Shown here piece by piece: positions 39,791-52,964 of a stretch of DNA of 64,000 nucleotides (within the stretch, counting starts at the first letter, position 1; every line of letters begins with the position of its first letter). Under the pieces are notes generated by a model. It saw only the letters and a list, made by a program, of their open reading frames with translations, searched no databases and had not been told where the DNA came from. The translations under genes were made by a program, and so were the position numbers. The DNA is taken from NCBI RefSeq assembly GCF_006345805.1, contig NC_043006.1:102734001-102798000 (forward strand), read 5' to 3'. The DNA comes from Octopus sinensis (Eukaryota).

Positions 39791-40429
39791 TGATCATCAT
39801 ATATATATATATAAATATGTGTGTGTGTGTGTATTTATATCTGTTTGAACTCCTCCACCAACGCTTGACAACCGGTGTTGGTGTGTTTAAACCCCCATAA
39901 CTTAGCGGTCCGGGAAAAGTAAGCGATAGAATAAGTACTAGGCTTTAAAAGAAAGCCCGGGTTCGATTTGTTCGACTAAAACCTCCAAGACAGTGCCCCA
40001 GCATGGCCGTAGTCAAATGAATGAAACAAGTAAAAGATAAAAGATTGTTACAACCATATGGATTGCGGTAGTTCAGGGGCACCGCCTTGAAGTGGATTTA
40101 TCGTTGAACGAATCGACTACAGTAGTTATTTTTAAAGGCTAGTACTTCTCTTGGGTTATTATGCCTAACCGCCAAGTTACGAGGACGTAAACAAACTAAC
40201 ACCAGCTGAAATGGTAGTGAGGAGAACAGAAGCGCAAACCTGTGTACATACACGCACCTGTATATAAAGGCGGGAAATTGTAAGGACGTCGACTGACGAG
40301 GAATTAGCCACGAATTTTCTGTTAGTTATGTTTTTGTAAAATTTTCCGTTTGGTGTGATTTTGTTAAGCTTTTGATATATATGTACACACAAACACACAC
40401 ACACACACACACATACATATATACATATG

Positions 40430-40565
40430 AAAACATCACAAAAACTGTGACTCAGAGTTTCACCTTTCCGTTCATCGGACAATTGCGATCAAGTCTGTCT
40501 TGATCACAACTGTTCGACGAACGGAAAGGTGAAACTCTGAGTCACAAATTTTTGCGAGGTTTTTT
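40430..40565. repeat. Long hairpin made of two opposed HHR-like motifs
   Basis: 28-bp perfect arms at 40446-40473 and 40519-40546, imperfect inner arms, 5-nt loop. Confidence 0.9.
40443..40484 (-). ncRNA. Minimal type I hammerhead-like motif with variant core (CCGATGA)
   Basis: AATTGT-CCGATGA-AC GGAAAG GT-GAA-ACT CTG AGT-C-ACAGTT: 6-bp stem I, 2-bp stem II, 3-bp stem III, GUC triplet; U4 replaced by C. Confidence 0.6.
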
Positions 40566-40764
40566 TTTCAGCTTTAATTAAAAAGCATATTACTCTACCT
40601 TCGGTATTCGAGTACTATTTTCCCATTTTGTTTTGCATTTATGTGCTTACTCGTGTAAAGCACCGAGCAGTGGAATTGAACGCGAAATAACGTGGTTGCA
40701 AAGCGAACTACTGATCCACACGGTCATGCCAACTTCCTTTTATTTAAATATCATAAACAACAGA

Positions 40765-40920
40765 GTGGCTGTGTAGTAAGTAGCTTGCTTCCCAACTACA
40801 TGGTTCCGGGTTCAGTCCCACTGCATGACACCTTGGGCAAGTGTCTTCTACTATAGCCTCGGGCCAACCGAAGCCTTGTGAGTGGATTTGGTTGACGGAA
40901 ACTGAAAGAAGCTTGTCGTA
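40765..40920 (+). mobile_element. SINE B 5' half
   Basis: GAGTGGCTGTGTAGTAAGTAGCTTGC...GAAAGAAGCTTGTCGTA. Confidence 0.85.
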
Positions 40921-41439
40921 TATATATATATATATAATTCCACGTACAAATAGTAATTTATTGCCAGAACACAAGATCTGTAAGCTCTTTTAATTTCTCC
41001 TTTAGTATTTGAACATCAACCGCGACTATTAACCATCACATGCCACGTTTTTCTTTAATTTCGAGAGGTTTGTAGCATTTAATACTAGTTAGTGAGGATA
41101 TAACTATGCAGTTTTTCGTTCGGGTTAATTAAATGGATTGGTTCTCTGCTTTTTATAGACACAGTTACCTACGATCGATTATCTCTTCATCCAAAAAAGT
41201 TCCATTTATCTTTTCCAGTTCAGATGCTTTCCACAAATGTCCCACAGTACATTTATGCACTGCATTTGGTCTGTAGACATGTGAGAAAGTGATTGAAAGA
41301 CGAATAAATACCTAGGTATATATGTTGTATGAAAATAGTAAAGTCTGCGTTAGCAGATGCAAAGAAGTGAACATAGAAAAATTGAATTGTAAATGAAATG
41401 TAAAACATGTTACCCTGATAATTAATTTTGGTATGAAAA

Positions 41440-41750
41440 GTCACAGGAGAGAAATACGTCTAGATATCTTTTAATGGTGGTTGGTGAAGGAAATTAGTTA
41501 AGTCACCTTAAGCTTCTGGAAGACAATTGTATAATTTCGGGCATTTAAATGCTAAACTGTTGCTATGTAGGTTCCTGATTGAAGAGTTTTAGCAGGGTAG
41601 TTTACATTTGTCTTTTAAATTAATTCAAGTTCTTTGCAGAATTGAAGCCGTCCACAAATAAATTCACAAGGCTTCTTTGAATCAGGATAATTCTATGGAT
41701 TATTGAGTAGTTTAGTAAATGTATGATTGCATGTCGGGGAATATATGGAT
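41440..41750 (-). pseudogene. Possible CR1-like LINE ORF2 C-terminal remnant
   Basis: SNSLAFKCPKLYNCLPEA...KDI*T resembles the NSF...GP.LYN.LP...FK..LD ending of CR1-type ORF2. Confidence 0.35.
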
Positions 41751-41975
41751 ATACTTGCAATCACGTACTGGTGTGATATATATGTCTTTAGTACATGAAT
41801 GTGTGACTGCTTTTTAGCTTGAGTGAAAGAGAAAGGGGTGGGCTTTATGCCGTATGTATATGCGAGTGTGTACTGGTGTTCATTGCACGAAACTCAAAAG
41901 GAGAATAACAAATAATGGAGAAGAAGAGCTTCTAACAGTGTGGAAAGGGAAAGTTTGGCAATTAAAATGGCAGTA

Positions 41976-42150
41976 TATAGGCGCAGGAGTGGCTGTGTGG
42001 TAAGTAGCTTGCTAACCAACCACATGGTTCCGGGTTCAGTCCCACTGCGTGGCATCTTGGGCAAGTGTCTTCTGCTATAGCCCCGGGTCGACCAATGCCT
42101 TGTGAGTGGATTTGGTAGATGGAAACTGAAAGAAGCCTGTCGTATATATG

Positions 42151-42185
<35 letters not shown>

Positions 42186-42410
42186 GTGTTTGTGTGTCTG
42201 TGTTTGTCCCCCTAGCATTGCTTGACAACCGATGCTGGTGTGTTTACGTCCCCGTCACTTAGCGGTTCGGCAAAAGAGAACGAAAGAATAAGTACTGGGC
42301 TTACAAAGAATAAGTCCCGGGGTCGATTTTCTCGACTAAAGGCGGTGCTCCAGCATGGCCGCAGTCAAATGACTGAAACAAGTAAAAGAGAGAGTAAAGA
42401 GTAAAGAGTA
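41976..42410 (+). mobile_element. SINE family B, full-length reference copy
   Basis: tRNA-like head with B-box GGTTCAGTCCC, internal (TA)n(TG)n, AAAGAGT tail repeats. Confidence 0.92.
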
Positions 42411-42726
42411 ATTAGAGAAATGAATATTTTAAATATTTTAAAGCTAAATGAATTCAAGTTATAAGAAAAAAATAATATTACTGGTCGATGGTACTAAGTA
42501 TCGAACTACATTAATACTTTTTCTTACATTGTTTTGGCTTTAAAAAAATATCTGAAGCATTTCTATAGGCGTGGCTGTGTGGTAGGAATCTTGCTTCTCA
42601 ACTACATGGTTTTGGGTTCAGTTCCACTGTGTGACATCTTGTGTCTCTTCTACTATAGACTCGAAACATTGTGAGTGGAGTTGGTAGAGGGAAACTGAAA
42701 GAAGCCAGTCGTATATTTATATAAAT

Positions 42727-43179
42727 ACTAGCAGTATAGCCCGGCGTTGCTCGGGTTTGTTTTTTAGTTGCGCTTAAAACGGCAGACTTTGATGTTGCGT
42801 TAATAAAGGTTTGGCATAGTTTCAGTCTTTTTTGAAAAGTAAAAATTTTGCATTATGTAGCTTGTTATTCTCTTTAAGTAAACATTTTTCTGGTTCAAAT
42901 ACACCGAAAAATGGCGACACAGCAGTCAAAAAATCGTAAAAAATAGGGATTTTCATAGAAAAAAAGCACCTTTTTGATGTAAATAATATTTGGTGTTAAC
43001 ATAGTCGGATTTGAATATTTTCTTCTACGGAATGAAGAGCAAGCCTTCTTCTATCATACTCTCAATTTTGGTCAACTTGCGCCGCAGGGTCTCGGAGGAG
43101 ATAGTGTTAGTTGAAGGCTACCAAACCTGCCACACACACACACACACACACAGACAACTTCAGCTTTATATGTATAGAT
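42727..43179 (+). mobile_element. Second Helitron/Helentron-like non-autonomous element
   Basis: Same 5' 34-mer as 13211 (1 mismatch) but an unrelated body; (CA)n then CAGACAACTTCAGCTTTATATGTATAGAT end. Confidence 0.5.
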
Positions 43180-43185
43180 GTGTGT

Positions 43186-43580
43186 CAAATTCCGCCGAGG
43201 TCGACTTTGCCTTTCATCCTTTCGGGGTCGATAAATTAAGTACCAGTTACGCACTGGGGTCATGTAATCGACTTAATCCCTTTGTCTGTCCCCTCTGTGT
43301 TTAGCCCCTTGTGGGTAGTAAAGAAATATATATGTATAGATGTGTGTATGTGTGTCTTTGTGTCAGTGTTTGTCCCCCCACTATCACTTGACAACTGGTG
43401 TTGTGTTTACATCCCCGTAACGTAGCAGTTCGACAAAATTGAACGAAAGAATAAGTACCAGGCTTAAAAAAACACAAACAAGAAACAGCAATAATTACTG
43501 GAATTGATTCCTTCGACTAAAACGCCTTCATGGTGGTGTCCAAGCATTGACCGCAGTCTAATGACTGAAACAATTAAAAG
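43186..43580 (+). mobile_element. SINE C 3' half followed by a SINE B 3' half
   Basis: CAAATTCCGCCGAGG...GTAAAGAAATA, then TGTGTCAGTGTTTGTCCCCC...AATGACTGAAAC. Confidence 0.8.
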
Positions 43581-46111
43581 ATAGATATTAGACAATACTT
43601 CAATTAAACAAATATTATCTTGAGTTGTTTATTGATTGATAATACATGACTTGTATACAATGGCATTTCAGGTATACGACATCAGGCAAAGCTAGCCGTC
43701 ACTCGCAAGTATTTGTACAGAAAGTACGGTTGAACGAATTAAATTTTTGTAAAATATTTCAGCACAAAAACTGTTTTGGGTTTCCTGGCGCCAGAAAGTT
43801 ATTCTATCTCTTTTTTACATCGTAGAACACTAGCTATTCAGTTTTTAAATTTTTTTTTATTTTATCTAGTTTCAGCTCACGAGCTGTGGCCATGCTGGGG
43901 CACCGCCATTTGTTCATTCCACTTTTATATTAAAACCCAAATAATAATATTGTTGATGAAACTTCTAGAAATCGCAGCCAAATATTCCTAAAATCATATA
44001 ACGTTAGGTATAGATTTGATCAGAGATCTGCTTGATCTGTGCAAACCTGGTACCAACAGCAACAACAACAACAACTGCAAAAATAATGATATTTCGAGCT
44101 ATATGTAGCTAAGATTATGTTATATTATTAGATCAGCCGTTGTTGTTATGCTGGTTATTTGAATATTATAATCAGCGTAATTGGATATTCTGCTCTGTAG
44201 GTCGGAACCAAGAAACCCAACAAGTTGATCAGATACTTCAGTATATTAGCAAATAACTCAAATTCCAGAACTCGGCACAAAGGTCATACTTTTTAAGTTG
44301 AAAATATAAGGAGCGCGACATATTTTTTTAATAGGACGAACAGCAGATATTCAAACCGCGTCGTGGTCTCAGCATTTATTTTGCTCCGTTGTGCTTCTAG
44401 GGAAGAAAAAGTGAGTGGTGGTCTTCATACCATTCTTTGCTTTTATTTCTGTTATTTAGCCTTGTGCCAACCTAGAAGAATCAGACCAATGATTTGATCT
44501 GACATTCCAGCTGTAACAATACCGTCTTTTACCAACTGTATCATTAGCTAGTGTATCCTTCCGCATTTTTGAGACGCTAAAGGAGACTCGGCAACTATTT
44601 CTAGCCAGTGTAGCAACTAAGTAGGGGCCCATATATTAGGGTCGTCATGATGAGGGTGTTGCTGCTGCTGCTAATTATAGTGTTGATGTTATATTGTTTT
44701 GTTTAAATCCAGATCATTCCTGATTGCTTAAGTCCAGATCATTCCACTCTAAGGTCAAAAGCATCTCAACTTAGGCCACCCCGTTTTTCAGACGTACAAT
44801 AAGCAGAAATGCTTTATCTATTTAAGGGAAAGTTGGGTGTTATATCCTGTAGATCATTTTGTTCAGTCAATTTGAGGATTAACGTGTTAGGGTTAGGGTT
44901 AAGGTTCTAGCTATGCAATGTTTATAAATATAAGAGGGATTACTGAAAGAGATATATTCCAAATGTTGTAAAGGGATTGAATATAATTGTTTATAGATGG
45001 TCGAAATTTTGTTTAATGGTCTACCCAAGAGGAAACGTCTTTGGCCATGGTTTTCACAAACTTTCAGAGCTTGGTGAGGTCAATGCAGTTGATATTCGCC
45101 GTGAATAAATACGAAAGACAGCTCTGTCTTGAGACCTAGGACTCATAAGGACGGAGCTAAACTCGGTATCCATGCAGTGTAAATGACTGAGATTACAACA
45201 CTTACGCCAGAACGGGACGCCAGTTCCTTATATAGTTAACTTCCCAGCTATTGTTGAAACTCATTTACAGCTGAGTGAACTGCAGCAACGGGAAATGAAG
45301 ATTTTTGTTTATAAAAAAAATCAAAAACAAAAAACAATGCACCGCTCGGTCCGGGAATTGAAACTACATTCTTACAATAGTAAGTATAACACCTTCTCTA
45401 GGCCATATACCTTCACTAACAGATACGGATAAAACAAAAGAAAGACAAAACATGGCGGTGGCTGAATTCCAGAGGATTGATGTTCAAACAAAGGAGAAAT
45501 GAAAATGGCGGATATTTTGAGACTTGGGAGGGGGGGGTATACACAATATGAGTAACGATAGGGTAAGAGAAAAGTGTGTCGGCAGATTTCGGTGGAGGTG
45601 ACCTGTTATTGTTAACTTCATTGTGGAAGTAGCATAAAATTGTAGATTGAAGAGACAGTGTCTCTCTGAGCAAATGTTGAAATATATTGGTGTGTGTGTG
45701 ACTCCATGCGAGTCAGTCTGCTGGCATTTTTAAAGGCGTGTGTCTTTGGTGATTGTGTATTTAGTAGCATCATAATCATCCCTTACATGAAAGCAAGTGT
45801 TCCATTGTGAGTCAAGGCTTAACTATGCTATCGTGGTTTTCAGATACGTTAAGGGAAAATAGTTTCTATGCTGTAAAGCTTTTACTGAGATATTTTGGTG
45901 AGAGTGAGTGATGGATGACAACAGCAAGTAGTTATCGGCGAAGAAAGTAATGAAAGGCAGTACAGAAACGATGATGGTATTTAGTAACGGATTCTGCCTT
46001 CGTTGAATCATACCGTCAGAATAATGCAGCAAATAGAAGAGTGGATGAGTACAGACAAGGTGAATAAATAAAGGTGTATATATATATATATATATAGGTA
46101 CATACTTACAT

Positions 46112-46169
<58 letters not shown>

Positions 46170-46227
46170 GTATATATATACGCATTCACGCACACGTACA
46201 TATATATATATATATTGTAACTGGGCT

Positions 46228-46575
46228 TCATGTACCTTTGCATGTCGTTTAAGTCCTCCTGCCGAATTACACTCTCTTCCACATGCCTGGCAGATATGAT
46301 TAGTATGGTGTGTAACACCACCACCAGTGGCCAGGTTGTCGCTCATCTGTCTCGCTTTATGACTACGAAGATGACTCTTGAGTCCAGCTTTACTGAGGCA
46401 GGGTCTTGCACAGACACTGCATGTCAGCATCATAGGAAGACCCTTCCCATCTGGAAGTGTAACAGCGATGCCCTTCCTGACATCCCTCCTTACTTTCTCA
46501 TGTGCAACTCGAGATTCACAGCACCAGTAACAGTTAAGCTTCGTGCAATGGCTATACTCGATAACGAGGGGGGCA
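46228..46575 (-). pseudogene. RTE-clade LINE ORF C-terminus with two C2H2 zinc fingers
   Basis: ESRVAHEKVRRDVRK...CSVCARPCLSKAGLKSHLRSH...CQACGRECNSAGGLKRHAKVH. The E..R......KR..RK plus CxxCxRxCxSxxGLxSHxRxH pattern is typical of RTE ORF ends. Bounded by microsatellites. Confidence 0.65.
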
Positions 46576-46578
46576 GCC

Positions 46579-46694
<116 letters not shown>

Positions 46695-46939
46695 TGTGTG
46701 TGCATCACAGTGACACCGTACTGATACGAAAATTACAGAGTATAACATGTATGCACATAGTAAATACCAACTCTATCACTAAGCGACCTCGACATATTTC
46801 AGTCGGTAACTTTAGACAGACATGTATATTGCATTTATTAAAATTTCACTACTTAACTGATGAATCAATTTCTTATTCTTTTATGAATTCTGGTAATGTG
46901 TTTCAAACTATGATAAAATCGTCAATGCATTAATTACAG

Positions 46940-47766
46940 TAGAGGGTGCAACGAAAATATCTTCCATATTTTACAGATTGACAAAAAAGTTAAAGTAAAT
47001 GGTATTCGACAAATATATAAATAACGTTAACATGAATGGACACAGCTTTTTTAGGCTTTGAAAGTGATATCCTACCAGTGGTTGCCTCTAATCGTGCTAC
47101 TCTGCTTTAGTAGATTTCGGACTTATTCCATTATTCAGCGAGTCATTTACGACAATTGATTAGCGTATGGTAACCTTCAGTTTATCAATGGTTGTTGGCC
47201 GATAACTGATGGTAACCCAGGAGAAAATAATCATTGGGTCGAGATAAGGTGAGCGTGCAGGCAAATCAACGTCACCACGTAAAGAGATAATATTTTTTGG
47301 AAACAGATCTTTCAAAACTTCCATTGATGTTCTCGATTGAGCAGAAACTCCATCCAGTGGAAAACACACATCCGGTTTATATAATTCTTCTGGGAGTTCG
47401 ATCAGACAATACCAAGGCAGAAGCATGTTTTCGGATTGAATGTTTAGGAGACAGCAAAAAAGATGTTACAGGCTTGGACATTTTCTGGAAATAGGGTCTT
47501 CGGTTTTCGGTTGCGCAAAAGCATCCTTTTGACCTATTCCTAAATGATTATGAAAATCTCTTTGTGTCGCAATAACAGATTTATAATTTTTGATGAGCGA
47601 TTTAACGGTAAACGCATGGTGTGCACCAGTCCAAACCATACGCATAACAAAAACCAAAAATATAAAATATTAGCTACATGAATGCATCATCAACCCTGCC
47701 CAACTTTATTAGCATCACAACAACGGCCGTGTAATTTACGCAAAGCATAAATCTGCACCCTGCATA
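46940..47766 (-). mobile_element. Internally deleted Tc1/mariner-superfamily element (DUF4817-type N-terminus)
   Basis: TIR-like AGGGTGCA (46943-46950) and TGCACCCT (47754-47761). N-terminal WTGAHHAFTVKSLIKNYKSVIATQRDF; catalytic-half DG..AQS...LKDLFPKNIISLRGDVDLPARSPYLDP...FSW. Confidence 0.85.
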
Positions 47767-48360
47767 ATAAGTGATGAGTTTTCTGGAGTTAAAATCTACA
47801 GGGCACACGGATCAGAATTAAATTCGTTATGAAGTTTTTTTAACTTTTAAAAAATAGATTGTAATGAACTTATTCTATGAATGTTATTGCTACGTTGTTT
47901 TGATTAATTATGCATAAATATATATGTTTCTTTATTACCAATAAGGGACTAAATATAGAGGGGACAAACAAGGACAGACAAAAGATATCGTATGACTGTT
48001 GTTTAATTCGATTCAGACGCTTTTGAATGAGCAAACATCTTTCTTTTGAGTTGAAGCATATCTCAGATCTCAGGTGTCTTTCCGAATCTGAATCCACTGT
48101 AAACCTTATGAATAAACGTTATTAGGAAATTAAATAGAATAGAAAGCATTTGACGTTAAATCCCTGTTGTAGTCCTTTCGAAATTGAATCCAGTGTAAAT
48201 TACATTAATAGTTCACTGAAGAATGGTTTTTGCAGCAAACTATTTAGATGAATGCGTGTGTTATTTAGTTTTTAAACCGCCGCCATCATCACCGTCCTTC
48301 TTTCTCTATTTTTCTCTTATGTGTCTCCATTCTGTATCTCTCTCTGTTTCAGGATTCCAG

Positions 48361-48395
<35 letters not shown>

Positions 48396-48599
48396 GTGGA
48401 GGGAAGGGAGAGAGACAGAGAGGGAGAAGTAGACAGAGAGGAAATGACAAATGTTTGCCATTATCACTCCATTTCAAGTTCGTTTTCCACTCCCCGCCTT
48501 TATTTGACTGGAAGTAGGCGTAGTTTGAGGGAGAATCAGCTGGTGTTTCTCAAAGTTTTGTTATGTAAAATGAGAAATAACAACAACAACAACAATAAA

Positions 48600-49200
48600 A
48601 ATAGAATGCCCTGATGCAATACCAAGTGCTGGCTCTCATGGTTTCTGATCTTAATTGATTTGTAGTGTTACCATGTACATGTTTTGTCTTGGTGTAAAAG
48701 ATGAGCTACAGCAAATATTCTGCTCAATACAACAGATTTGCTTGTCAGTCGTTTGACCATAACCGGTTGAGCATGTTCATGTCCCTTGGTGGCTGACGAT
48801 ATGTGCATCTCTGATCCCGAGCAGAAGTAGTGGGGGAGCATCATAGCCATGAATTGAAAGGTATTCTTTGAGGCTTGAATAATTCACCTCTGGAAACAGG
48901 TATTTCGTTCAATATCCTTAATCAACCCTTATTCAGGGACCTTTTGAACAGGATGGGCCACTCGACCTGAAGAGAATTCTTACTGGGCCCCATTTGGAAG
49001 GTCATCAGTGTTTATCTCGGTATAAGATCACCACGTTGCACACATAGGGTTGTGATGCATGTGCCTGGTGTACCTTTATCAGACGGGTAGTCATGGTAGA
49101 TATATTGGGCTTCGTATATTTGTACCTCTGTGTCACTTTGATGGCATGCGCTGCTCTCTCACTAACTCACTCAATAATAATAATGATGATGATTATGATG
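48600..49200 (+). mobile_element. 3' end of a non-LTR retroelement with an (AAT)n tail; shorter copy at 50880-50980
   Basis: Shared terminus TTCGTATATTTGTACC..GTGTC...GCTCTC.CACTCAATAATAAT in both copies, of different 5' lengths. Confidence 0.6.
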
Positions 49201-49649
49201 ATGATGATGATGATGTTAATAATAATAAAAATACAGGCACACCTACCCTACGTTGTTAATTGGTTCCAGGAGACACGACTTAAGTCGAATTAACTTGTCT
49301 CAAGGCTAAACTGATAATAACCATTCCCAGTTCTGTACTTTATCTATGAATGCATTTTCAATAATAAATGGTTAATAAAAGCCTGTTTTAAGCATAAAAA
49401 ACAAATAATTTTTATTTTTGGATACAGTACAGTAAACAAAAAATGTAATCTAAATTTACGAATACAATTCGGCGGTGTTTACCGTCCATGGCGGACGCTT
49501 TATTTATGAATGCGGTTTGCAATAAGAAATGGTAAAATAAATGCCTTTTCTAAGCTTAAAACACAAATTCAGCAATTATTATTAGTTTGAAATAGTAAAA
49601 ACGGTTAATTTATTTTAAATTTACCAATACGTACATAAAATTTGGTGGT

Positions 49650-50875
49650 TTACATCGAGGATGTAGATGGCTGTGTATCATCAACATCAATAGCTAGCTC
49701 TGGCTGTTCTTGTTGTTCGATGCACTAGACAGTTCCTTGAACCGTCTTTTTCATTTCCTCAAGGATTACATTATATGGAGCAAAAGCTTTGTGACAAGCC
49801 CCCATGCAAATGCTTGCTGCATTTTCTTAAAGTGACGTGGCTCTTTATTTTGCTGCTCGTGAAGCTCTATCAAATCGTCGTTCGTCAGGGGCTACTCGTC
49901 TTTTTCAATAAATCTGTGAAATCCTTCATCCCCATATCCATTTCCAGTTCTTTTCTCGTAGAGTCACCAACATTTTGTTGATGACAACATTATCAAACCC
50001 CTTAGAATCATTCATGAATTGCGGGCATAGCTTCTTCCATACACCATTCACAGCCGTGCTCTGTACATCATTCCATGCCGCTGCTATGTTCTGTTCAGCC
50101 TTGTAGATATCGTATCTCTTCCAAAAGTCACAAAGTGTGATGGGCTCATCAAGATCCGCTGCAGCTCCTGCTTGCTGCAGCGTACGCTTCATATAGTAAC
50201 GCTTGAAGATAGCAATTATTCCCTGATCCATTGGCTGCAGAAGAGACATGGAGTTCGGAGGGAATTATATGACGGTAACTTTGGGGTCAAAATCTTTTGC
50301 AAGTGGCCAGGAGCATAATCTATGTTATATAGAACCTTAAAATGAATCCCCTTCTCCTTACAGTACTTCTCTGCTGCTGGGATAACATGATTGAAGGACC
50401 AATCTTCAGAAACAACAACAGTAACCTATATTTTTGAATTAGCCATCCATACAACAGGGAGAAATGCCTTGGGTATGTTCTTCAGGGACAGAGGTTGTGT
50501 GCACGATTCACAAGCACGATTCACTTAAAATCTCCTGCACAATTACCGCTCAACATAATGGTCACACGTTCTTTGAGACCTTGTAGCCTGGAATAGCTTT
50601 CTCCTCCTTGGAAATGAATGAACGGTCTGGCAATTTTTTCTAATAAAATTCTGTTTCGTCTACGTTAAAAATCTCCTCAGGAAGAAAGCTGTTTTCTTCG
50701 ATGATTTTCTTTAATGCATTATGAAATTCTGCTGCTGCTTGTTCGTCAGCTGATGCACTTTCACCTTGCTTCTTAATGGAGTGATAACTTCTTTGCTCCT
50801 TAAATCTCATGAACCATCCTTGACTTGTCTTGAACTCTACATCTTTCTCATTTTTGATATTTTTGCTTCAAGTCT
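49650..50875 (-). pseudogene. Decayed Tigger/pogo (CENP-B-HTH, DDE_1) transposase
   Basis: FKTSQGWFMRFK, GESASADEQAA, EIFNVDET, KERVTIML.GN, PPNSMSLLQPMDQGIIAIFKRYY and IAAAWNDV in order; stops and frameshifts present. Confidence 0.9.
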
Positions 50876-50938
50876 ATTAGGTATATTGGTGTTCGTATAT
50901 TTGTACCCCAGTGTCTGGAATGCACTGCTCTCGCACTC

Positions 50939-50982
<44 letters not shown>

Positions 50983-51529
50983 TAACGCAAAATTATATTT
51001 GCTTTGAGAAGTTCTATGTGATGTATGGAGATAAGTCGGATATTAAAAACCATTTCCAATCTCAATCGTTCAAAGATGGTGATGTTTCGATTAGATACTT
51101 TTGTTTAAAGAAAAAAGAACCGAACCAAAACAAAAACAAACACAAATTTAGAACTAATCAAAATGGAGCTTCTATTTGTTACTAAAAAAGTCATTTTTCC
51201 ATCAAACCATGAATGACCATAAGTCAGAGTATCGGCTGTTTCATTTGGAATGGTTAGCATATCTAAAAATGTACTCATTAACGAGTAATGCATTGATTAA
51301 TGATATGACTGCTGTTCATCGACTTGAGCTGGCAGATATCCAATTGCTCTTCAATGTTGGTTTCAAAACATTCTTAAATCAACGTTTTGTTTAGCACCGA
51401 GAAAATATAGCCATAATTTTGAATTTAAATTTTCCAATGGCTAAACTCGAGCTTGCTAAGGATCTAGCAATTTAAATGGATACCTCATGGCCGATTGGTA
51501 CAATTCTTTAGCTGTTCTTTTATTCTTTC

Positions 51530-51772
51530 ACATGTTTTAGTCATTTGACTGTGACCATGCTGAAGCACCGCTTTAAAGGGTTTTAGTCGAAGAAATCGAC
51601 CCAAAGACTTATTCTTTGTAAGCCTAGTGCTTATTCTATCCCTCGCTTTTGGTGAATCGCTAGGTTACGGAGATATAAACACACACACTAGCATCTGTTG
51701 TCTAGCAATGGTGATGGGGAGAAACACAGACACAAAGACACGCACATAAATATACATACATACATACATACA

Positions 51773-51806
<34 letters not shown>

Positions 51807-51888
51807 CATACATACATATATATATATATATCAATATATATATATCAATATATATATACATACATACATACATACATACATACATACA

Positions 51889-51919
<31 letters not shown>

Positions 51920-52090
51920 GTATACGACAGACTTCTTTCAGTTTCCGTCTACAAAATTCATTCAGAAGGCTTTGGTCTGCTCGAGGCTATAGTAAAAGAG
52001 GTTTTCTGAGGTACCACACAGTAGGACTGAACCCGGGACCATGTGGTTGGGAAGTTTAGCTTCTTACCACACAGCCACGCCGGCGACTAT
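51530..52090 (-). mobile_element. SINE B with a long internal (CATA)n tract
   Basis: Tail at 51530-51730, microsatellite at 51745-51920, head at 51925-52090. Confidence 0.85.
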
Positions 52091-52199
52091 ATGCATACGA
52101 TTCCAGCTGAACTGGTCAACACCTTGAATAATGCCTTATTGACGTTCATTGTCTGGTAGAAAAAAGCTGTTAGAATTTATGAAGGCAACTGCAAAATAT

Positions 52200-52830
52200 C
52201 TTAATGGCGTCAAATAAAGGAGCAGGACCAATAGATTCAATGAACTAAATACAAAACTTGGAAGGGACCCTCGTAGCATTCTGTATACAACCGTTTTCAA
52301 ACAGCGGTTAATTCATTACCAGTTGACACTGAAAGACATTGTGAAAGTATTCAAATACTTTTACTTATACACAGTTCGTGTAACACAGCTAAAAGTATTT
52401 TATGAGTTTGTCAGCGTGGAATACAAAATGCTATTGCAACATGATAATACCAGAGTTTTGACAATACTACTAGCACTTAAAAGAATTCATTACATCTCAA
52501 CTGACTTGAAATCCCATTTTGTTCCCAACGTTGATAAAACAATTGTTTGAAAATAAATTTGAAGAAATGTATTTATGACTTCGACATGGAAAGTTTGCAT
52601 TCATAACAAAGCATTTCTGGCAACGGAGACGGATGATAACAACGAATAATATATCAAACTGGAAATGCAAATTTGGTTACAAATACAGATCAGTGACAAA
52701 ACTGAATTTGTACCTCAAGATGTAAAAGCCTAGCTCAGAAAAGTTGAAAACAGAGGAAGTATTGCAAAAGTGGAGAAAAAGTTTAAAAGTCCTTATGAGG
52801 AATGCCTCTCATACATAGACCTATGAAACT
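52200..52830 (+). pseudogene. Decayed hAT transposase (ZNF862-like type)
   Basis: LPVDTERH/DIVKVFKYFYLYTVRVTQLKVFYEFVSVEYKMLLQHDNTRVLTILLALKRI...LKSHF, and a later ECLSYIDL, match the hAT TRWLS region. Confidence 0.65.
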
Positions 52831-52964
52831 TTGAACAAGCGGAAAACATGGTTTGGCTACATTATGGAGATATATTTCGTAATCCAGTGATGAGTAGTTT
52901 GTAGTTAAGACGACCTCATGAATTTGAAGGTAAATAGTGGTTTCAAATTCTAGCACAAGACCAG

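Noticed and set aside
40285-40325. CTGACGAGGAATTAGCCACGAAT, HHR-like start
   Set aside because: No GAAA and no pairing stems I or III.
44888-44905. TTAGGG repeats as telomere evidence (also 11060 and 23075)
   Set aside because: Only 2-3 units, mostly internal to MITEs.
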